DNA from: Arcobacteraceae bacterium
Lineage (GTDB): Bacteria; Campylobacterota; Campylobacteria; Campylobacterales; Arcobacteraceae
DNA: 64,000 bases
Direction of reading: 5' to 3'
NCBI GenBank assembly: GCA_963662945.1
Contig: OY759974.1
Coordinates: 1,600,001-1,664,000, forward strand
The position numbers were made by a program, and so were the translations under genes. Below the pieces are notes generated by a model. The model saw only the letters and a list, made by a program, of their open reading frames with translations. It was not told the DNA's origin and ran no database searches. Below are positions 60,361 through 64,000 of this stretch, piece after piece (position 1 is the stretch's first letter; the number at the start of each line of letters is the position of its first letter).

Positions 60361-60864
60361 TTATTTTTTATCATGCCCAAAAGGACATCCTGTAGTTGCT
60401 TTTTGTTCTAAAGTTTCTCTATCATTTTCATAATTTACAATATGTTTTGAGAATACTTCTAGCCAATTCCAATATGATTGAATATGTTCATGTTCTACTT
60501 TATCTTCAATATCTTTTAAAACTTCTTCCCAACAACCAAGCCATACGATTCTTGCTTTATTTGGAATAGAGAACATTTCATGAGTTTTTATTTGATCAAA
60601 GTCTCCACCATATTTTGAGATGTATCTTTCATCTCCTCCACAAATCATCATAAAATAAGAACCATTTCTTTTTTTGATAAGTGCTAATTCCTCTTCATCA
60701 TCAGGAAAATAGTGTGCAATATCACTTTCTATTACAATTTCATAAAATGCATCCACCATTTTTTGAAATCCTACAGGAGTTAATTCTTCTAAAAATTCTT
60801 TATTTGGATTTACAACTTTTGGTCGTTCTCCCATTATTGCATTAGTATAATAATAATCTACCAT
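60361..60864 (-). CDS. Truncated (2/2, group II-like) globin
   Basis: MVDAFY...YFP...ICGGDERY...KTHEMFSI...RIVWL pattern (B10 Tyr, F8 His, G8 Trp). Confidence 0.75.
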   Translation of the reverse strand: MVDYYYTNAIMGERPKVVNPNKEFLEELTPVGFQKMVDAFYEIVIESDIAHYFPDDEEELALIKKRNGSYFMMICGGDERYISKYGGDFDQIKTHEMFSIPNKARIVWLGCWEEVLKDIEDKVEHEHIQSYWNWLEVFSKHIVNYENDRETLEQKATTGCPFGHDKK

Positions 60865-60915
60865 TCTTTCCCTCTATCATTTTATTGAAATAGGAGTTAT
60901 TTTATCTAAAGTGTA

Positions 60916-62265
60916 CTAAAAAAGTTCTAACATCTTTACAACTTCATCTACTACAAAACATTTTAAATCAGTTTTCATACTAGGTTTTTCAGCTATGATT
61001 GCTTTTTTAATTCCTTGCGAATTTGCTTCTTTAAGACGTGTTTCCATACTATACACATCTTTGATTTCTCCTGTTAAACTCACTTCCCCTATAAAGACAC
61101 TTTCTTTAGAAATTGGACGATTTCTAAAACTACTAATAATAGCAGCAATTACTGCTAAATCACATGAGCTTTCTTTTACTTTAATTCCACCACTTATATT
61201 GATAAATACATCATAAGAATTAAGCGGTAAATCAAGTTTTTTCTCCAAAAGTGCTAAAAGCATATTAAGTCTGTTTGTATCAAATCCTGTAGCACTTCTT
61301 TTTGGATTAGGATAGGTTGATTCAGTAACTAATGCTTGAACTTCTAAAATTAAAGCACGACTTCCTTCAACTGCAACTGTTAAACAGCTACCACTTTGGT
61401 TTTTTCTTGAATCAAAAAATCTTCTATTGATATCTTTTGCACTTTCAAGCCCATTTTGAGTCATCTCAAAAATACCTATTTCACTTGTACTTCCAAATCT
61501 GTTTTTAAATCCACGAAGCATTCGTATCTCTTTACTGCTTTCTCCTTCAAAATATAAAACCGTATCAACCATATGTTCTAAAACTCTTGGTCCTGCAATA
61601 CTTCCATCTTTTGTGATATGCCCAATAATAAACATAGCTATACTTGCATCTTTGGCTTTTCTCATAAGTTCAAATGTGATTTCTCTCACTTGAGAAACAC
61701 TTCCTGGTGCACTGGTTAATTTATCACTATAAATTGTTTGAATAGAGTCTATAATGGCTATTTCATAATCTTGTCGTAAAAGTTCATCCTGTATTGCTTC
61801 AAGTGAGATTTCTGAAAGTAAGAAAAGATTATCTTCATTTGCATTGAGTCTGGTTGCTCGCATTTTTATTTGCCCACCAGATTCTTCTCCACTTACATAT
61901 AAAACTTTTTTACCTGTTTTAGCTAAATTTCCTGCAATTTTTAAAAGTAATGTTGATTTTCCTACCCCTGGACTTCCCCCAATTAGAGTAAGACTTCCAG
62001 GAACAACACCACCGCCCAAAACTAAATCAAACTCTTCATTATGTGTCGAAAATCGTGTAACATTATCTTGTTCAATTTGTGTAATTGGAATAGCACGTGA
62101 AGGTTCATTTGAAAGTTTATTGATTTGTTTTACAATCTCTATTTGTTCACTGCTAAGTTCTATAAAACTATCCCAAGCGCCACAGCTAGGACACTTTCCT
62201 AGCCATTTTGAACTTTGTTCTCCACAATGTTGACATTCAAATGTAGATGTTTTTTTCTTTGCCAT
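60916..62265 (-). CDS. radA: DNA repair protein RadA/Sms
   Basis: CQHC...CPSC, GSPGVGKST and KNRFG motifs. Confidence 0.97.
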   Translation of the reverse strand: MAKKKTSTFECQHCGEQSSKWLGKCPSCGAWDSFIELSSEQIEIVKQINKLSNEPSRAIPITQIEQDNVTRFSTHNEEFDLVLGGGVVPGSLTLIGGSPGVGKSTLLLKIAGNLAKTGKKVLYVSGEESGGQIKMRATRLNANEDNLFLLSEISLEAIQDELLRQDYEIAIIDSIQTIYSDKLTSAPGSVSQVREITFELMRKAKDASIAMFIIGHITKDGSIAGPRVLEHMVDTVLYFEGESSKEIRMLRGFKNRFGSTSEIGIFEMTQNGLESAKDINRRFFDSRKNQSGSCLTVAVEGSRALILEVQALVTESTYPNPKRSATGFDTNRLNMLLALLEKKLDLPLNSYDVFINISGGIKVKESSCDLAVIAAIISSFRNRPISKESVFIGEVSLTGEIKDVYSMETRLKEANSQGIKKAIIAEKPSMKTDLKCFVVDEVVKMLELF

Positions 62266-62340
62266 AATCTATAATCCTAATGATTTAATAATGGTATTAT
62301 AGTTAAAAGAGATTAAGAGTTGAAAAAATATTGCATTTTG

Positions 62341-63369
62341 TTAATTTGTTTTTTCTTCGTTTTGATTTACTTTAAGTTTATCCCATTTGAAGTTTAAATA
62401 TGGTGTTACGATATTATGAGATTTTTTATAGGATAAAAAATCTTCTTTTTTTGTTATTTCTTGGATGATATTTTCCATATTTTTAAGGTGTTCAATTTCT
62501 AATTCTTCTTCCAACCCTGTATGATATTTAAGAAGAGTATCAAAAGCAAAATTGTATTCAAATCCAAGTTTCCCTTTTTTATTTAAAACTTTTTTGATAA
62601 AAATCCAATTTGAAAATATCACTTCCCAAGCTCTTTTTTGTTCACTAGTAATACATAAAGAGAAAATAATATGTTTCCATTTAAAAAGTCCAAAATATGC
62701 TTGATGATTACTCCATAACTCTTCTATCCACCAATCTTCAAATTTTGGTAAACCTTTAAATTCTGGAAGATTATCTTCTTTGATATTTTCTTTAATATTT
62801 GAAATAAGTACTGAAAGATGTAACACTAATACTGGAATATGTGTGTTTAAAACACCCAGTCTACTAATATCCTGTTTTGATACATTTTTTAATAGTTTTT
62901 CAAAATCTTCTTTAATCTCTTCAAGTTCATCATCAAGTTCATCATGAATTCGTAAATCTAACTTTATCGTAGTTTCAGCAATTGCAAATACATCATCATC
63001 TTCTAGGTTAATATCTGCAGGAAGTTCATCAACAATCATCATAGCTTCAAGTTTTTGATCATTATCTTTAGAGATATCTCTTTTGAGTCTTACTTTTTGA
63101 TATTTAAAATAATTTTTTCTTTTGATAGCTTCTTTGAGACGTTCTTCTTTTTCTAACTCTTGAAGGTCGTGTTTCATTAATTCATTAAGAATCATCTGAT
63201 TTTTCTCTAAAGCTTCTTTTGATTTTTCAAGTCCATTCTCTGTAGAAGCAACTGCCATAATAGACATTCTTGTTTTGCCAGAGTTATGATCGTCAAGTTG
63301 TTGTTGAAGAATTTTTATTCTTTTTTGATTTTGCTTTATTAAGTCTTGGACTGCTATGATTGCATTCAT
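62341..63369 (-). CDS. Hypothetical coiled-coil protein with Trp-rich C-terminal domain
   Basis: 342 aa; PKFEDWWIEELWSNHQAYFGLFKWK motif. Confidence 0.8.
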   Translation of the reverse strand: MNAIIAVQDLIKQNQKRIKILQQQLDDHNSGKTRMSIMAVASTENGLEKSKEALEKNQMILNELMKHDLQELEKEERLKEAIKRKNYFKYQKVRLKRDISKDNDQKLEAMMIVDELPADINLEDDDVFAIAETTIKLDLRIHDELDDELEEIKEDFEKLLKNVSKQDISRLGVLNTHIPVLVLHLSVLISNIKENIKEDNLPEFKGLPKFEDWWIEELWSNHQAYFGLFKWKHIIFSLCITSEQKRAWEVIFSNWIFIKKVLNKKGKLGFEYNFAFDTLLKYHTGLEEELEIEHLKNMENIIQEITKKEDFLSYKKSHNIVTPYLNFKWDKLKVNQNEEKTN

Positions 63370-63375
63370 ATTGAA

Positions 63376-63999
63376 TTATTTGCCTTTTACATCTTTATAA
63401 TTAATTTTTTCTCTCTTAAATATAGTATATTTTGTTATCAATTCATGACTACTAGAAGATACTAGTTTTGTAAAATCTTCTTTAGTAGTTAAATAGTTTA
63501 CTAGCTTTTCCATAGACTCTAAACTTGTTGTCGCTAACTCCTCTTCTAATCCACAATAATCCCGTATTAGTGTATCAAATGCAAAATTATATTCAAATGC
63601 TAATGCCCCTTTTGAAGTGATTTGTTTTTTTATATTTATCCAGTTTGCAAATATGACTTCCCACGCTCTTTGTTGATCCGATGATTGACATAAAGAAGAG
63701 ATGATTGTTTTCCATTTGTAAAGACCAAGATAAGCTTGATGATTTATCCATAACTCTTTAATCCACCAATCTTCAAATTTTGGAAAACCTGAAAATTGAT
63801 CTTTTCTATCCTCTTCTAAGTTTTCTTTAATATTTTCAATAAGAGTATGAAAATGTAAAACTACCACAGGAATTTGAAAATTTAAAAGCCCTAGTTCAGA
63901 TATCTGTTCATTTTGTAAATCTTTGATTAAATCTTCAAAATCACGTCTAATCTCTGCAAATGTATCATGTAGTTGTTCATGTAATGAAAGGTGCATTTT
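63376..63999 (-). CDS. Paralog of 62341-63369, 5' end beyond window edge
   Basis: PKFEDWWIKELWINHQAYLGLYKWK; aligns to the C-terminal 60% of its neighbour; frame open to the edge. Confidence 0.8.
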   Translation of the reverse strand, partial: KMHLSLHEQLHDTFAEIRRDFEDLIKDLQNEQISELGLLNFQIPVVVLHFHTLIENIKENLEEDRKDQFSGFPKFEDWWIKELWINHQAYLGLYKWKTIISSLCQSSDQQRAWEVIFANWINIKKQITSKGALAFEYNFAFDTLIRDYCGLEEELATTSLESMEKLVNYLTTKEDFTKLVSSSSHELITKYTIFKREKINYKDVKGK

Positions 64000-64000
64000 G

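Noticed and set aside
1-64000. Phase-variable poly-G/C tracts, tRNA or rRNA genes
   Set aside because: None recognised by eye; short A/T runs are expected at this base composition.

Overview
AT-rich chromosomal window from a Campylobacterota bacterium, most likely Arcobacteraceae. This is inferred from the secG-deacetylase-frr-pyrE-RDD-MFS and tig-clpP-def gene orders, MGEMIGNIAHQWRQPL-type kinases and a NavAb-like channel. Housekeeping genes (secG, frr, pyrE, uvrB, lepA, prs, tig, clpP, def, greA, argC, recN, nadK, rnhA, ybeY, radA) surround two accessory blocks. (1) 19.9-46.0 kb: a complete Lap-type c-di-GMP-controlled adhesion locus with a 4.5k-aa LapA-like adhesin (15 identical 312-bp repeats, TAAG cleavage motif, vWA), LapG, LapD and a T1SS. 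It also has non-canonical parts: an apparent cadherin/Ig-like insert in the LapD periplasmic domain, an ankyrin lipoprotein with a ZorB-like peptidoglycan-binding domain, a WG-repeat lipoprotein, two OmpR-type regulators, a sensor-less kinase and a shared promoter box. (2) 50.2-52.6 kb: a small islet with a SAM methyltransferase, an HNH nuclease, an XRE regulator with twin palindromic operators and a hypothetical gene. A 30-bp inverted-repeat MITE-like element follows argC, and two tandem paralogous unknown genes lie at the right edge. No rRNA, tRNA or CRISPR was recognised. All family calls come from motif recognition by eye; no searches were run.
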